A stretch of 62,718 nucleotides of DNA, counting the filler, from Stramenopiles sp. TOSAG23-3 (taxonomy: Eukaryota), in assembly GCA_900128585.1 (NCBI GenBank). It is 14 parts of 14 records of this genome, joined end to end, with 100 filler letters (N's around TTAATTAATTAA, not from the genome) between each part and the next. Parts side by side here need not be neighbours in the genome. Positions count along the whole stretch, not along the records: positions 1 to 4,398 come from LT643841.1; positions 4,499 to 8,895 come from LT643842.1; positions 8,996 to 13,390 come from LT643843.1; 11 more parts are not named here. One strand, given 5' to 3'. This document shows positions 1 to 11,906 of this stretch, piece after piece. Under the pieces are notes generated by a model. The model did not search any database and had not been told where the DNA came from. It was given only the letters and a program-made list of their open reading frames with translations. Made by a program: the position numbers and the translations under genes. The first letter of the stretch is position 1, and each line of letters begins with the position of its first letter.

Positions 1-100
1 TGGCTGTTATTTAAGTAATTAAAATTAATGTACTGCGAACTGAACTCTAGATTTAGACATTCGAGGTTTACATTCCTTCCTCAGTGTTAAAGAGATATCT
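1..100 (+). repeat. Dispersed repeat family, module A (TGGCTGTTATTTAAGTAATTAAAATTAATGTACTGCGAACTGAACTCTAGA...)
   Basis: Near-identical text recurs at ~27521-27620 and ~45097-45195, inverted at ~45306-45410, partially at 17685-17800 and 49255-49290. Confidence 0.85.
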
Positions 101-741
101 TTTCATCTTTTCGGAGATTTTTGTTTCTAAAATCTGTGAGTTAATTAGACGACTAATATATATAGGTATAATATAATTATAATACTACAAATATTTATAT
201 ACTCTACTATTATTCATTCACCCTTCTACCTCCTCCGTGTAATAAAATAATGTCCACAACTAATATAATGTCCAATAAGGAAATAGGAAGAAGTGTGGCC
301 GTTATAAAAGCTATAAAATAAAAAGAGAAGAAGAGTAAATTTTCAAAACATCTATCTTCTTCTTCTTTTGTGATGATGAAATTATTATTATTTTGTAATA
401 TATTTAACACCTACACAACATTAGTTTTAAAAAAAAACTTTTTTATTCTATTATTATTATTTGATTATTCTATCTCAGAAGAAAAAGAAGAAGAAGAAGA
501 AGCAGCACAAGAGGAAGTGGTAGTTTGTACGTGTACGAAAAAGTTCAACCTAATACACACCTACCACACCAACCAGATATACATGATGTTTGTATTTTAC
601 ACATTGTTTGAAATTCGACAGAAGGAATGGTAAAGAATAGAGATCAATATTATTCTGTGTGATTCTTACGGATAGTTGAATTGTGTGATAAAAGGGAAAG
701 AATTTCTGCATCAACTGTTATTTCCGAGAGATCAGAACACA

Positions 742-1362
742 ATGTCCTCAAAAAGTACGGACCCCAGGGAACGGAACCGTCTCAAGCGTGAGAAAATGGA
801 GCGGAACCGTCAAAAGTTTCGTTGGAAGGTTGAATCGTTCTACAAACAGTTTTACCCGGAAAAATGGGAGGGTGCAAGGGACCTTCTTTATGTAAAGTTT
901 ATGACGAACTGCAAAGAGTTCAATGAGAAACTTACCGAACGGTATGGGGACGATTTTAAAAACTATGCTCCCCCGGAGAAAGTGGTCAAAACCGCGGCGG
1001 ACCTTCGTGCCGAGCGCGTTCAAAAGTATGCCGTAAACGACGACGGTTCGGAAATTCCCGAAGAGCAGGTCGCCAACGACGGAAGGATGGAGTGCACGTC
1101 GTGCGGTCGAAAATTTGGTGCAAACAGAATAGTCAAACACGAAGAAATATGCTACAAGTCAAAGGAGAAAGCGGCGGAGAAGCAGGTGGAAGAGAAACGC
1201 GTTGAGTCCGTGCCTGTGCCAGCCACGGCCGCCCCGAACAATGAGGATACCAGTGGTTTTACGGCGGGCGAATTGTCGGAAATTGAAATTTTGGAAGCTC
1301 AATTGAAGCAACTGAAAATGCTAAAGGCGCGGAAAGAAGCTGCCGCGAAGGCCAACAACTAG
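742..1362 (+). CDS. C2HC-type zinc finger protein (zf-C2HC_2/ZC2HC1-like finger)
   Basis: ATG at 742; motif CTSCGRKFGANRIVKHEEIC; GC-rich island between AT-rich flanks. Confidence 0.75.
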   Translation: MSSKSTDPRERNRLKREKMERNRQKFRWKVESFYKQFYPEKWEGARDLLYVKFMTNCKEFNEKLTERYGDDFKNYAPPEKVVKTAADLRAERVQKYAVNDDGSEIPEEQVANDGRMECTSCGRKFGANRIVKHEEICYKSKEKAAEKQVEEKRVESVPVPATAAPNNEDTSGFTAGELSEIEILEAQLKQLKMLKARKEAAAKANN

Positions 1363-1803
1363 AGTGTTTGCAATTGAAGCCGGGTCTGCTCGTAACATAT
1401 TATAAGTGCTAAGCACCCCGAAGCCTGTCACTGTCGCGCGAGACTCTCTCCGCGCATGATGCCTGGTCCTACTCTTAATTTCGTAACAGGGAGTACGAGT
1501 AAGAAACAAATATACAAAATTAAAATGACTATGAATATAACAAATTATATAAAAAAAAAACTAATGATATAATATATGCTTTATGACTATGAAAAACAAA
1601 TTAATAAATTGTTTTGCCATTGATGTTTTTAAAATTATTCCCCGCGCGTAATCACGTTTTACGTGATGCAAGTAATGTACTGCGGTGTAAAACATGGTGC
1701 CCAGCAGTCAGCAGTGAAGTTTGGCCCTTCTCTTTCGTAAATGTACGAAGGCGGGTTAAGAATATAGTATAAGGTGCACGGGGTTATGTAAAGAGGGTTC
1801 GTG

Positions 1804-2634
1804 CTAGTAACCGTTCCCGATTCTGCGGTGGCTGGATGAGGACTGCCTCGAAGACTGGCGGGATGAATCCCGTGAACTGGGCTGCGAGTACTGATCTTGT
1901 TCGAGCACGTGGCCACGCGGTGGAAACGCTTCATCCAAGGGTTGCGCCTGGCGGCGATGCTCCTGGTGACGGTCACGCAACGACGGCGTCCTCCTGCTGC
2001 TCTGGCGACCGTGTCCAAAGTCGTTCATGCCGCTGGAAAGGCGTTGCATTTGCCTTTCCATCCCGCGACCAAAGTTTGACAGGGCTTGACGACCCTTGTG
2101 ATCACTCCACGCCTTCTCGAAGTGAGCGCCGTTGGCTGGGTCCATTCCGTGATACATCCTGGTCGTCGTCTCCTCGCGAGTCCCACGTTGCCGTTCTTTC
2201 ACGACTTTCGTGCCCTTGTCGCCAATCGTACGTTCCCAGCCAACTTTGTCGAGCCCTGCGTTGTTGGAATACGCTTGCTTCGTTTCGCTTATTCGTTTGC
2301 CGCCCACGTTCGATGAGCGAGAGTGCGACGAGTACTGTTGCTTCTTGCCGTCCGCGCCGGTGGACATGGTCATGACAGAGCTAGAGGAGAAAAACGTCCC
2401 GTCTCCCGAGCCGTCTCCGCCGGCGCCGGCGCCGGCGCCCTGCATCATTTTCTCCATCCGCTGCATCATACCGCCCATATTCCCAAATCCACTGCTGAAG
2501 AATGGATCATCGTCGAATACGGACAGCATGCCGCCACCCCGGCCAGGGTTCCTTTCGTTGCGACGGTCCCCCCGTCGTCCCCCGCCTCTACCACCACCAC
2601 CATCACCACCGAAAAATGGATCGTCTCCAAACAT
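1804..2634 (-). CDS. Myeloid leukemia factor (MLF) family protein
   Basis: DDPFF repeats, FFSSSSVMTMS...ISETKQAYSN...LDKVGWERTIGDKG core typical of the MLF domain. Confidence 0.75.
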   Translation of the reverse strand: MFGDDPFFGGDGGGGRGGGRRGDRRNERNPGRGGGMLSVFDDDPFFSSGFGNMGGMMQRMEKMMQGAGAGAGGDGSGDGTFFSSSSVMTMSTGADGKKQQYSSHSRSSNVGGKRISETKQAYSNNAGLDKVGWERTIGDKGTKVVKERQRGTREETTTRMYHGMDPANGAHFEKAWSDHKGRQALSNFGRGMERQMQRLSSGMNDFGHGRQSSRRTPSLRDRHQEHRRQAQPLDEAFPPRGHVLEQDQYSQPSSRDSSRQSSRQSSSSHRRIGNGY

Positions 2635-3168
2635 TTAATGAACAGTAGCTCTTCAGCTCTGGACGAATGATAATTTCACCAAGTTTTAAATTGAAAATCT
2701 TTCGTTGCTTCGTTACCTGAATGTAAGGAAATGTTGCTTTGCTTACTTACCGAAAATTCCCTTCCAACATAAAAATCCGTGTGTAAGAAGTACAATAAAA
2801 TACTTGAAAACTCATGTGTTCGATTTAATGAAAGTAAAAATGTTTTTTTTAGTTCGTTCCATTCTTCTTCTTCTTCGCTTATTCTTTATTTCTCTCTCTC
2901 ATTTATTATTAATGTTATACCAGGTATTAATAATAAATAATACAAACAACATGCCATTAAATTTAGAGGAAGATTATTATTACATATGCACAGCAATGAA
3001 AGAGCAAGGAGGAAACAATAATTATGTGTACGTTGTCTAAATTAGTTATCTATGATGCTGTGTCCTGTCGAAGGTTCTTCCAGAAGCAGCAGTTCTTCGT
3101 ACTGGTAGAAGGTTGTGGCGTGGTACTGCCTCTATCTATTTCATGGTTTACATTTCTATGGGATGTGG

Positions 3169-4398
3169 TCAAACGACCATTTCAAATCGATGGTCGGCTT
3201 TGTCAGGGTATGTGGATTTCACTACCAACCGAGTGCGTTTGCTCTGCTCCAGCTGACCAAGTTCTTTGCCCCCAGAAATTTGGTTTCCTTGTAAGAACAA
3301 CTCTCTCAGACCAGCGTTTCTCAATAGCATGTTGCAAAGATGAACCGTTGCACCGTTGCCAATCCGATTCTCGCTCAGGTCGAAAATCTGCAATGCTGCG
3401 TTCTCTTTTAAGGCCTCGCAAAGGAGGCCGCAGCCATTTTCCATGATTTGGTTTTTACGCAAATTTAACATTTTTAACGTCGGGTGCAGCCTTAAACTCT
3501 TCGCAATTTCCACAACCCCAGCGTCGCAAATGTAGTTTTGCGCCAAGTCCAGTTCCACCAATTTCGTTGCAAACCCCAAGTACGTGCCTACCAAGCGGGC
3601 CTCTTTCCGCCGCATCTTTAACCCGCCCAGGTGCGCTCTCTCCGCGTCCACTTCGAACAGTTGCTCCTTGAGGAATGTTCCCGCCGCATTTGCCACGCCG
3701 CGCTGAACTTTCTGGTGCGTCGCATGGACGTCCTTGTAGTACCAACGCTGGTGCTCTGTCAAATGCGGCTGGGGCTCCCACTTTCTCTCCACCCGGGATT
3801 CCCACCCTTTCTCGACCCATGCCGTAGCTTCCAGCTGTTTCTTTCTGTCGGCTTCCCTGTTCTCTTCTTCCACAAGCTTCGTTTTCCACGCTTTGGTGAG
3901 CAAATCGACGACGCTCAGCCCAGCCGCAAGCTCCGCGTCCGTGCATGGCATCAGCGGGCGTATTCGCCAGTCTTTCGCTGCCTTGTCAATGAAATCGATG
4001 ACTTTCGCCAAGGTCAGGATTGTTTGTTGGTACTGGTTTGACGTCCACCGAGAACGCATCGGGGAGGCCGCCGCCTCGCACACTTCTTTAAACTTTGACG
4101 TAGCAAAATCAGCCAGCCGGGCAAGCTTAGCGTCGGGCTCCACCCACAGATCCAAGTAAACCGTGCCGTGCTCCTCGCCTTCCCAAACCACAGGGTGCGC
4201 TTTCGGCTCCTTTGGCCCCGTAGTCCCAAAGTACAATTCTGAAATGCGGATCGGCGCGCCCAGGCGGCCGAGCTCGTCGTCCGCTGTCCCTTCGTCTTTG
4301 TCCATGAGTTTGACAAGCAAGTGGCCGCCATCTGGGGTGTCACGAAGGATTTTGGCGGTCTCAAAGCTTAATTTCCCCTCGTCTTCCCAGTGTGGGTT
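3169..4398 (-). CDS. C2 domain + ribonuclease-inhibitor-type LRR protein (5' truncated by contig end)
   Basis: Frame open to contig edge: NPHWEDE...LVKLMDKDEGTADDELG (C2); LDLAQNYICDAG, LNLRKNQIMENG, FDLSENRIGNG (LRR_RI). Confidence 0.75.
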   Translation of the reverse strand, partial: NPHWEDEGKLSFETAKILRDTPDGGHLLVKLMDKDEGTADDELGRLGAPIRISELYFGTTGPKEPKAHPVVWEGEEHGTVYLDLWVEPDAKLARLADFATSKFKEVCEAAASPMRSRWTSNQYQQTILTLAKVIDFIDKAAKDWRIRPLMPCTDAELAAGLSVVDLLTKAWKTKLVEEENREADRKKQLEATAWVEKGWESRVERKWEPQPHLTEHQRWYYKDVHATHQKVQRGVANAAGTFLKEQLFEVDAERAHLGGLKMRRKEARLVGTYLGFATKLVELDLAQNYICDAGVVEIAKSLRLHPTLKMLNLRKNQIMENGCGLLCEALKENAALQIFDLSENRIGNGATVHLCNMLLRNAGLRELFLQGNQISGGKELGQLEQSKRTRLVVKSTYPDKADHRFEMVV

Positions 4399-4498
4399 NN
4401 NNNNNNNNNNNNNNNNNNNNNNNNNNNNNNNNNNNNNNNNNNTTAATTAATTAANNNNNNNNNNNNNNNNNNNNNNNNNNNNNNNNNNNNNNNNNNNN
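4399..4498. other. Artificial contig spacer N44-TTAATTAATTAA-N44; identical spacers at 8896, 13391, 17885, 22377, 26868, 31357, 35844, 40330, 44811, 49291, 53768, 58244 (each 100 nt)
   Basis: Identical 100-nt blocks with stops in all six frames; intervening contig lengths fall monotonically from 4398 to 4375 bp. Confidence 0.99.
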
Positions 4499-5704
4499 CT
4501 CGTCCTCTGGCAACTCTTCTTCGGAAAGCAGGTCTGTGGTGCGCTGCAAACCGATACGCGCCTCCGCAAGTGCTCTCGTTCCAACGCTCAATACCGTCAA
4601 CGGAAACCGTGCGGTGTTGAACAAGGCAAGAAGGGAAAAGGTCGACGCCGCCTCGAGCCTTCCCCCAAATGCAACGTGCACCAGAAACGTCACTGCCATG
4701 ACAAAAATAATGCTGGTGCTACCGATAACGTTGTTGCACGCGACAATCACCGCAGCGTCCTTCATTCGGTCGCACTCCTTCTCCCGAATGTCTGCCACTG
4801 CGGTTGAGAACCGAGCCTCCCACGCGTACAGCTTGATCAATTTCACCGCTTTCAAAATCTCGCTCATAAGGGACACACGGTGGTCGGTTATTTTCGACGT
4901 TGACGCCCTGAGCTTTCCCAGCTTCTTCCCAACGCAGGCCTGGATAGGGATGAAGGCTATCATGGTGGCCAAGCCGACCAGCACGGCGGGGCCGAACGTG
5001 AGCGAGCACACAATTGCCAACATGATCAGATACGGAGCGCAATGGAAGACAAAATGGCCGTAGACCCCAGCCATCTGAAGCCGAAATGTGTCGGTCGACA
5101 CAATGTTCAGCACCCTTCCGTACGCCACCTGCCCGTACTTTAGCTTTGTAAGCTTATCATAGGCCATTTCTCGCACACTGACCTGCATGGACTGGCCAAG
5201 AACCATGCCTTGGAACCACATGTTGTTGGTCGAGACGGACCGAACACACTCCAGAACAAAAAAGGCCGCCGCGTAGTATAACCCGTACAAGGGCACGCTC
5301 TGCCCGAGCAACGCCACCGTCGGCGTGGAGTAGTCCGCAAGGACCCGTATGAGCCCTGGAAAAATGATCCCGGCGGTTATAATGTTCACAAAATAGTAGA
5401 GAAACATCGAGGCCACGACCTTGACAATTTGCCATTTGAAGGTTTTAAACACAGCCCGCTGCAGGCTCCTTTCCCCTTTCGGCAACTTTAACTCTTGGTC
5501 CCATGTTGGCTTCAGCCTGTTGAACAGGCTCTTGGCCTTCATTCCATCGTCCAAATCCCAGAGCTCTTCAGGGGTCAGCTCGTTCTTAAACCCACGGTAC
5601 AGCAACGGACTGGCCCACGTGTACGTAAGCTGGGCAAGGCACGAGCGTCGACGAAACCGTTGGTTCCGCGCCGGCGCGGTCGCCGACTCGGTCACGGACG
5701 CCAT
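4499..5704 (-). CDS. ABCC/MRP-type ABC transporter, N-terminal transmembrane domain (3' truncated)
   Basis: LTYTWASPLL..G, TDHRVSLMSEILKAVKLIKLYAWE, LALFNTARFPL motifs of ABCC TMD1. Confidence 0.9.
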
Positions 5705-6029
5705 ATTTCAAAGGGAGAACGACGACGTTATCTTTATTAGATACGAAGGTGTATGTAACGCGTTTTTCTGTTTCAAGGTGATCGGAAAGGAAGGAACCAA
5801 CGGAAGGGGAATGTGGAGAAGTTGTTCTCTGATAGTAGTGGTTACAATTGTACAATTTAACATTCAAAAGAAAACAACAGAAGACGACTACTATTTTTTT
5901 ACAATAATAATACCAAATATACAACACCACACTTTATTATAATATTAATATTTTTTTATAGTCGTTCTACTATACAACAATAAAAAAATATAATTTGACA
6001 ATTCGAAGAATGACAAAAAGAACAACAAA

Positions 6030-6272
6030 AAAAGAAGAAGAAGATCAACAAAAGAAGAAGACAAAAGAAGAAGATCAAGAAGAAGAAAACAAAAGAAGAA
6101 GATCAAGAAGAAGAAGAAGACAAAAAAAGAAGATCAAGAAGAAGAAGAAGACAAAAGAAGACAAAAAAAGATGAAGAAAACAAAAAAAGGAAGAAGAAAG
6201 ACAGAAGATGAAGGAGAAGACAAAAAAAGGAAGAAGAAGAAGAAGAAGAAGAAGAAGAAGAAGAAAGAAGAA
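6030..6272 (+). repeat. GAA-rich low-complexity/microsatellite tract
   Basis: Degenerate (GAAGAAGA-CAAAA/TCAA) units grading into pure (GAA)n. Confidence 0.9.
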
Positions 6273-6651
6273 TTATTAATAATAATTTATTAATTAATTA
6301 TTAATAATAAGAAGAAGAGAGAAGACAGTTTATTATTTTATAATAATAAGATAGAAGATATACGACTAATAAATGTACAGAGATTGTAAATAGCTTAAAG
6401 CAACGTCATTCTATTATTAGTTGTCTAGAGACTAGCAGTTTTAAGAATGGATTCATTTATTTAATCATATTAACCTTTTGCCGTAATTGTTCATGTATCA
6501 TTGCTTTCATATTTTGTTTGTTTTGCAAAAGTAACAACTAACTATAGCTTCAAAACTATAACTGACGGTCTGACAGACTCCCGCCCTCCGTTCCGTCCCT
6601 CCCACCCACCACACTTTCCACGCTCTGAACTGCAAGTGTAGCATCTTCGAA

Positions 6652-6957
6652 ATGGGACGTAGTCTTAGTTTGTCGTTGTTAAAGGGAAAGGTTGCCGTTG
6701 TTTCGTTGGTGTGTCTTTTTCTCTCCTGCCTTTTGTACCTTCCTGGCGTTGCCGACGCTTCGAAAAATGAAACGAAAAAAGGAGGGGACGATTGCCCCCC
6801 GTGTCCAGGTTGCGGGGACGACGACGACGGTGGCGTCATTGCCGTTCTCGTAACACTGTCGGTGTTGCTGATAGTGTCAATTGGGCTGAACGCTTACCAG
6901 TTCCGGCTGAGAACGGCGAATGTGATCACTGCAGAGGTGGAGTATTCGGCGTGGTAA
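6652..6957 (+). CDS. Small single-pass membrane protein (signal peptide, CPPCPGC ectodomain, TM helix)
   Basis: ATG start, hydrophobic leader ending ADA, acidic Cys-rich segment, TM VIAVLVTLSVLLIVSIGL. Confidence 0.6.
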   Translation: MGRSLSLSLLKGKVAVVSLVCLFLSCLLYLPGVADASKNETKKGGDDCPPCPGCGDDDDGGVIAVLVTLSVLLIVSIGLNAYQFRLRTANVITAEVEYSAW

Positions 6958-7303
6958 ACCTACATTGTACAGGGAGAGTGTCGGTTACTAAAAAACAAAA
7001 AAACCTACGGTAATTCACTTTATCGGTTTGGATACACATACATACTAAAATGTTGTTCTAATTACCGTACACCAAAAAATGTTCGTAATGATTTTTTAAG
7101 AAGCACATTTATAAGATTCACATTATTGTTTCTCGTATAGTTTGCACCCCGTACTTCGCACAAAGTTGCCGTTTTTAACATAATAAAAAGAAGCTATGTA
7201 ATTTGTTTTTTTATAAAAAGAAGCCTCCGCCGGGTGTTTGTTCTTCTTCCAGCTGCACCGTTTCCTGACCCTCTTTTGCGCAGACCGTCCCTGCGGAACC
7301 ACT

Positions 7304-8485
7304 CTACACACACTTTTCCCATGCTTCCGCGGTGATGCTCACCGTCCCCTTCTTCTTCGGTACGATCAGCTTTCGCAAAAACAAGCACCCCTTCTCCCGG
7401 GCCGTTGCGAATAGACCGGGGTCCAGCATCTCAAACGCCACGGGGCGGTCCACCATGCTGTTCTCTCGCGAGTAATCGTCCAAGTCTGGGTGAATCCAAC
7501 GGACGTACGTCAGCTGCCGGGGCGCTACGCCGTCGGACGGGCCGGCGCTGCCGTCCACGCGAGTCGGCAAAATGCCGCAGCACGACAGCATAGTGGGAAA
7601 GTACATTTCGTCCGACGCGCAGCCTTTCTTGAAAGCTGGCCAAAAGGCGTCGATCGAGGCGGGGAGCCGCGGCACCTTTGTCGACTGGTCCAACTGCTGC
7701 GCCAGGCCGAAAATTTCCTTTGCGTGAGTGCGCGTTAGGCAGACCCACTGGTCGGCCTTGCACACGCACTCCTTCGGGATTAAGCTGGAGTTCTCGATCG
7801 GTAACCACTGGGAGGAGCCGTTGTAGCCTGTTCGGGGCTTGTACTTTACCTGCAGCCAGCTCTGCTTGCTAGCGGACAACGCCGTCGCTGCATCAGGCAA
7901 TTTACAGACTGGCACGCAGGATTCCGATGCAAACAAAAATCGAACGCGGTCGTCGCCCGTGGGGACGGCCATGCTGGACGTGGCCTCGACCCCACGCTTC
8001 AGAAGAGCCACCATCGCCTTGGTGATCTCGACGCTGCCCCACTCCGGCTTGTACGACTCCTTGATCAGCCGGGCGCGGACCCACTCGCTTTTCACCTTTT
8101 CGGGAAACTTCGCGTGAACGAGGACTTTTGTCAACACCGGCCGTCCAGCGTTGGAGCCTTTCGCCGCCATGTTCGGGTTCGCCTCGGTCCCCCCCAGCCA
8201 CCGGCGCCATATGCCTTCGAACGGCAACGAGTCTATGATTATGAACAAAAGGCAAACGACAAACGGCGAGTCGCTGGCCTGGTCCGAGGCGGCCTTGTGC
8301 GCACTGGTCGCTTTGCCCCGCAACGACGCCAGGTGGCTTCGAATACATTGCTCAACAGTTTCCGGCCTCTCCGCTGCTGCACTTCCCCCTCCCGCTCGCC
8401 GTTTTCGCCGTCGTTTCGTCGCCCGTTTGTGCGAAGCCAGCAAGTCCGAAACGGACGCCCCGTCGGACCCCCCCGTGCGCTTCAT
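7304..8485 (-). CDS. GT14-like / Branch (core-2/I-branching, DUF266-like) glycosyltransferase
   Basis: LPFEGIWRRW, EWGS, FLFASESCVPV, KADQWVCLTRTHA, SDEMYFPT motifs. Confidence 0.8.
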   Translation of the reverse strand: MKRTGGSDGASVSDLLASHKRATKRRRKRRAGGGSAAAERPETVEQCIRSHLASLRGKATSAHKAASDQASDSPFVVCLLFIIIDSLPFEGIWRRWLGGTEANPNMAAKGSNAGRPVLTKVLVHAKFPEKVKSEWVRARLIKESYKPEWGSVEITKAMVALLKRGVEATSSMAVPTGDDRVRFLFASESCVPVCKLPDAATALSASKQSWLQVKYKPRTGYNGSSQWLPIENSSLIPKECVCKADQWVCLTRTHAKEIFGLAQQLDQSTKVPRLPASIDAFWPAFKKGCASDEMYFPTMLSCCGILPTRVDGSAGPSDGVAPRQLTYVRWIHPDLDDYSRENSMVDRPVAFEMLDPGLFATAREKGCLFLRKLIVPKKKGTVSITAEAWEKCV

Positions 8486-8817
8486 GCCGTACAAAGCACT
8501 GTCCCAATTCACACCAGTTCACGACGAACAAGAACGTTCCACGAAATACGTGCCCTTTCGATCGTTGCGTCGCGTTAACAAAAGACGGGCAAACGGTTTG
8601 ACCAATTATCAACAATATGGTAGGACGGACGGACACAAAACAAAACAAAAAAAGTTTTTTTGTGTTTAATTATTATTAATTTTAAAAAACAACTGCTGTG
8701 CTATGTCCATATATCATTATATATTTTAATAATAATAATAATGTCCTTCTTTCTTCTTTTTTTTTTTCGATCTTCTTTTTTTCTTCATCATTCATTCAAC
8801 AACAACGAACAACAACA

Positions 8818-8895
8818 AGAAGAAGAAGAAGAAGAAAAAAAGAAGAAGAAGAAGAAGAAGAAGAAGAAGAAGAAGAAGAAGAAGAAGAAGAGAAG
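8818..8895 (+). repeat. (GAA)n microsatellite at contig end
   Basis: Direct inspection. Confidence 0.95.
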
Positions 8896-8995
8896 NNNNN
8901 NNNNNNNNNNNNNNNNNNNNNNNNNNNNNNNNNNNNNNNTTAATTAATTAANNNNNNNNNNNNNNNNNNNNNNNNNNNNNNNNNNNNNNNNNNNN

Positions 8996-9430
8996 CGTCC
9001 ATATATTTCTATATTAATACCACACAGCATTTCTATTAAAAGGGGGAGGTGGTGGAGGAAGGTTTAGTTGAAATTGTTGTTATTTATATTTATTATTATT
9101 ATTTTTTTATTTATATTACAGTATTACTGTCTGTATTATTTTATTATTATTATTATTTTTTATGACTGATATAATAATAGAAGAAGGAAGAGATTCGTCT
9201 TTGTACTGCGTACTGCGTACTGCTCATAATTTATTTCAATAATAACTGTATACAATGGATAAAATATCTTCTTCTTCTTTCTTCTATTTCGCCATCTCCA
9301 TTTTTATCACTTTTAGCAAGAGTCCGATCAAATGATCAAATCGGGTCGAGTCATAAATTAAGAATATTTCTCCACACCTCCCCCTTTTAATAGAAATGCT
9401 GTGTGGTATTAATATAGAAATATATGGACG
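8996..9430. repeat. 56-bp perfect inverted repeat (8996-9051 / 9375-9430) starting at contig edge
   Basis: CGTCCATATATTTC...GGGGGAGGTG is the reverse complement of CACCTCCCCC...GAAATATATGGACG. Confidence 0.9.
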
Positions 9431-10185
9431 TTGTTATTATATTTAAAAGAAAAAGAAAATAAGACAAACACAATGTACATAGGAAGGAGGAGTAGTTCAA
9501 TTATATTCCTATATAATTATCATATTATAAGTATATTAATATTATAAACTAAGCAAGCCAATATAGAAATATCATTACTCATGCGTTTTGCCCCCACATC
9601 ATCATCTATAAATAAATATCGATCTACTTTTTTCATCATTCTGAATTCCTAACGTTAACCTCATGTTGTTATAAAATATATAATTAAAATAATAATAATA
9701 ATTTTCAATTTTACTTTTGTTATCTATTAGTACGTACGAGGTCATCTATTATATATTATCATCAAAATGCTGGCGACTTAATTTTCAATAAAAATAGTTT
9801 AGATTTAACCAATGCTGTGTAATGTAAATTTGATCATCAAGAAGGGAAAGAAGAAGAAGAAAGAAAAAAAAGAAGCGCATCATAATAAAAATAAATATAA
9901 AAAAATAATTTAATTCTTCTTTCTCTCCTCCTCTTCTTCTTCTTCTTCTTTTTTTTTTCTTCTACCACCAAGTACTTGGTATAGTATCGCACGATGAAAC
10001 AAAATATACTATTAACACTATTTATCCCTTTGCAAATACAGTTGGAAACATACACGTCGAACAGTTAAGAAACCGGGGTTTCATTGACGATAAGAATTAG
10101 TTTGTATATGTATTGGATGTAAAAATAATAGCAAGAAATAAGAACATTTTGAATACCAGGATTTGAAACGGAAAAACCAAAGAAC

Positions 10186-11340
10186 ATGTCAGAAAACAGT
10201 GTATCAAGTTTTAACAGCTCTACCCACATGAGGCCACAGCCAATGGGCTGGAGTTCTTCGCCTTTGGGACACTCGTACCGCAACTTTGAAACAGAGTACC
10301 GTGCGAAGAACATTGGCTCATCTGGCCAAGGACATGGCAAACGTGCAATGGCTCAGCTTGCATCGGCTCGGGTAATTTGGTTTATCGAACGATGCCGTCA
10401 GCTTGAACTGGAGTGCAAACAGCTGCGAGATGGAAGCGCAGAGAAGGACAAGAAGCTCAAGCGCCACGACAAGGACGTCTCTGAGCTACGCAAGTTAATC
10501 AACGAACTCTGCGAAAAAGTAAGGGCTCTAAAGCGCACAACAAAGGCAGCAAAAGAGGAGGCCAAAGCTCTCCAAATGGAAAACGTCTCGACCAAGCAAA
10601 GGGCTCTCCAGGCGACGGAAGACTTGAACCGCCGGAAACGCGCCGATGACCGCCTGCACTCTACTTTGGTAAAAACGTCTCGGGAGTTGCAAGATACAAA
10701 ATTAGATTTGGAGAACATGACGCAGAATAAAGTCAACCTTTCCCACGCAATCGACGAGTTGAAAAAACAGAGTGCGATAGAGCTGGATGCCCAAGCAAAC
10801 GATTATCAAATACGCCTAGACGCCGCAAACAAAAGAGCGGAAGACGCATTGCAGGAGCTGAAGGACAAGACGGGAGGGTGGGACGAAATGAAGATAAAAG
10901 TGGAGACGTCGGAAGAGCGCGAACAGGCCACCATCGACGCAGCAAATGGAAAAATAGCACTTATGAAGAACCAGATGGAAACAGGGGACCAAAAAGCAAA
11001 GGAGGCAGCACTTACAGCCGTGGAAGCGAACAGCCGCAGCGCAAAATTACAGCTGAAGTTAGGCTCGTACAAGGCCGCGTTGGAGCAGAAGCAGGTGGAA
11101 TTAGAAGAACAGCGTCGCCAGGCCGCACACGCACAAATACTGTTTGTTGACTTGGAACAACAGTTGAAGGTTGCGAATTCAAAATTGGTACAACAGCAGT
11201 GGAAAAAACGCCAAGAAGGCCGCAAACAGCGCATTCAGCATGTAAAATCGATCGACAGGAAAAAATCAAACTTGCAAGCCCGCCAATCCTCCGGTGAGAC
11301 GAGCGAGTTTCCATTTGTTGAAGTCAACGACGATCGCTAA
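10186..11340 (+). CDS. Coiled-coil protein, function unknown
   Basis: 384-aa ORF, heptad-rich in E/K/Q/L/A. Confidence 0.8.
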   Translation: MSENSVSSFNSSTHMRPQPMGWSSSPLGHSYRNFETEYRAKNIGSSGQGHGKRAMAQLASARVIWFIERCRQLELECKQLRDGSAEKDKKLKRHDKDVSELRKLINELCEKVRALKRTTKAAKEEAKALQMENVSTKQRALQATEDLNRRKRADDRLHSTLVKTSRELQDTKLDLENMTQNKVNLSHAIDELKKQSAIELDAQANDYQIRLDAANKRAEDALQELKDKTGGWDEMKIKVETSEEREQATIDAANGKIALMKNQMETGDQKAKEAALTAVEANSRSAKLQLKLGSYKAALEQKQVELEEQRRQAAHAQILFVDLEQQLKVANSKLVQQQWKKRQEGRKQRIQHVKSIDRKKSNLQARQSSGETSEFPFVEVNDDR

Positions 11341-11906
11341 AATTATGGAAAAAAACTATAATTATGCATATTAGTATTATTTTGTTTTACGACACTCCAA
11401 AGAAAATATTTTAATAATATATTGGTACCACAGTAATAGAGTGTCTAGTATTTTGTGAAACCCTACTGTGAGTATGCTGGACTATGGTGGTAGAACAAAA
11501 TAATACCGGTACCAAATGGTAAATACCTGTGTTATTATCACTGTATCTATCACAGTCATCATCTTCATCTTTTTTTTCTTCTTCTCTTCTTCTCTTCTTC
11601 TCTTCTTCTCTTCTTCTCTTCTTCTCTTCTTCTCTTCTTCTCTTCTTCTCCCACCCGTCACCCGTCCAACCCCAAAAGAAAAAAAGGCGACCAAAAAATA
11701 TACGAAATAATTAAAAACCACCACCTGTTTTTCCACCACATATATATATATTATCATTTTTCTAACATATTATTAAGAAAATATGAAAGGAAACCCCTTG
11801 AATTTTATTCATCTACAGGGGGAAAGTCGGGCCAGTTTCAGGGTTACAAATCAAACCACATTCAGCAGAACAGCAAGTAAGGACAGCCGTTCCAGCCCCG
11901 AGGGGC

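Noticed and set aside
1380-1800. Short hairpins between convergent genes (e.g. ATCACGT-TTT-ACGTGAT at ~1650)
   Set aside because: No snoRNA, tRNA or other known RNA motif could be supported; compatible with ordinary 3' UTR sequence.
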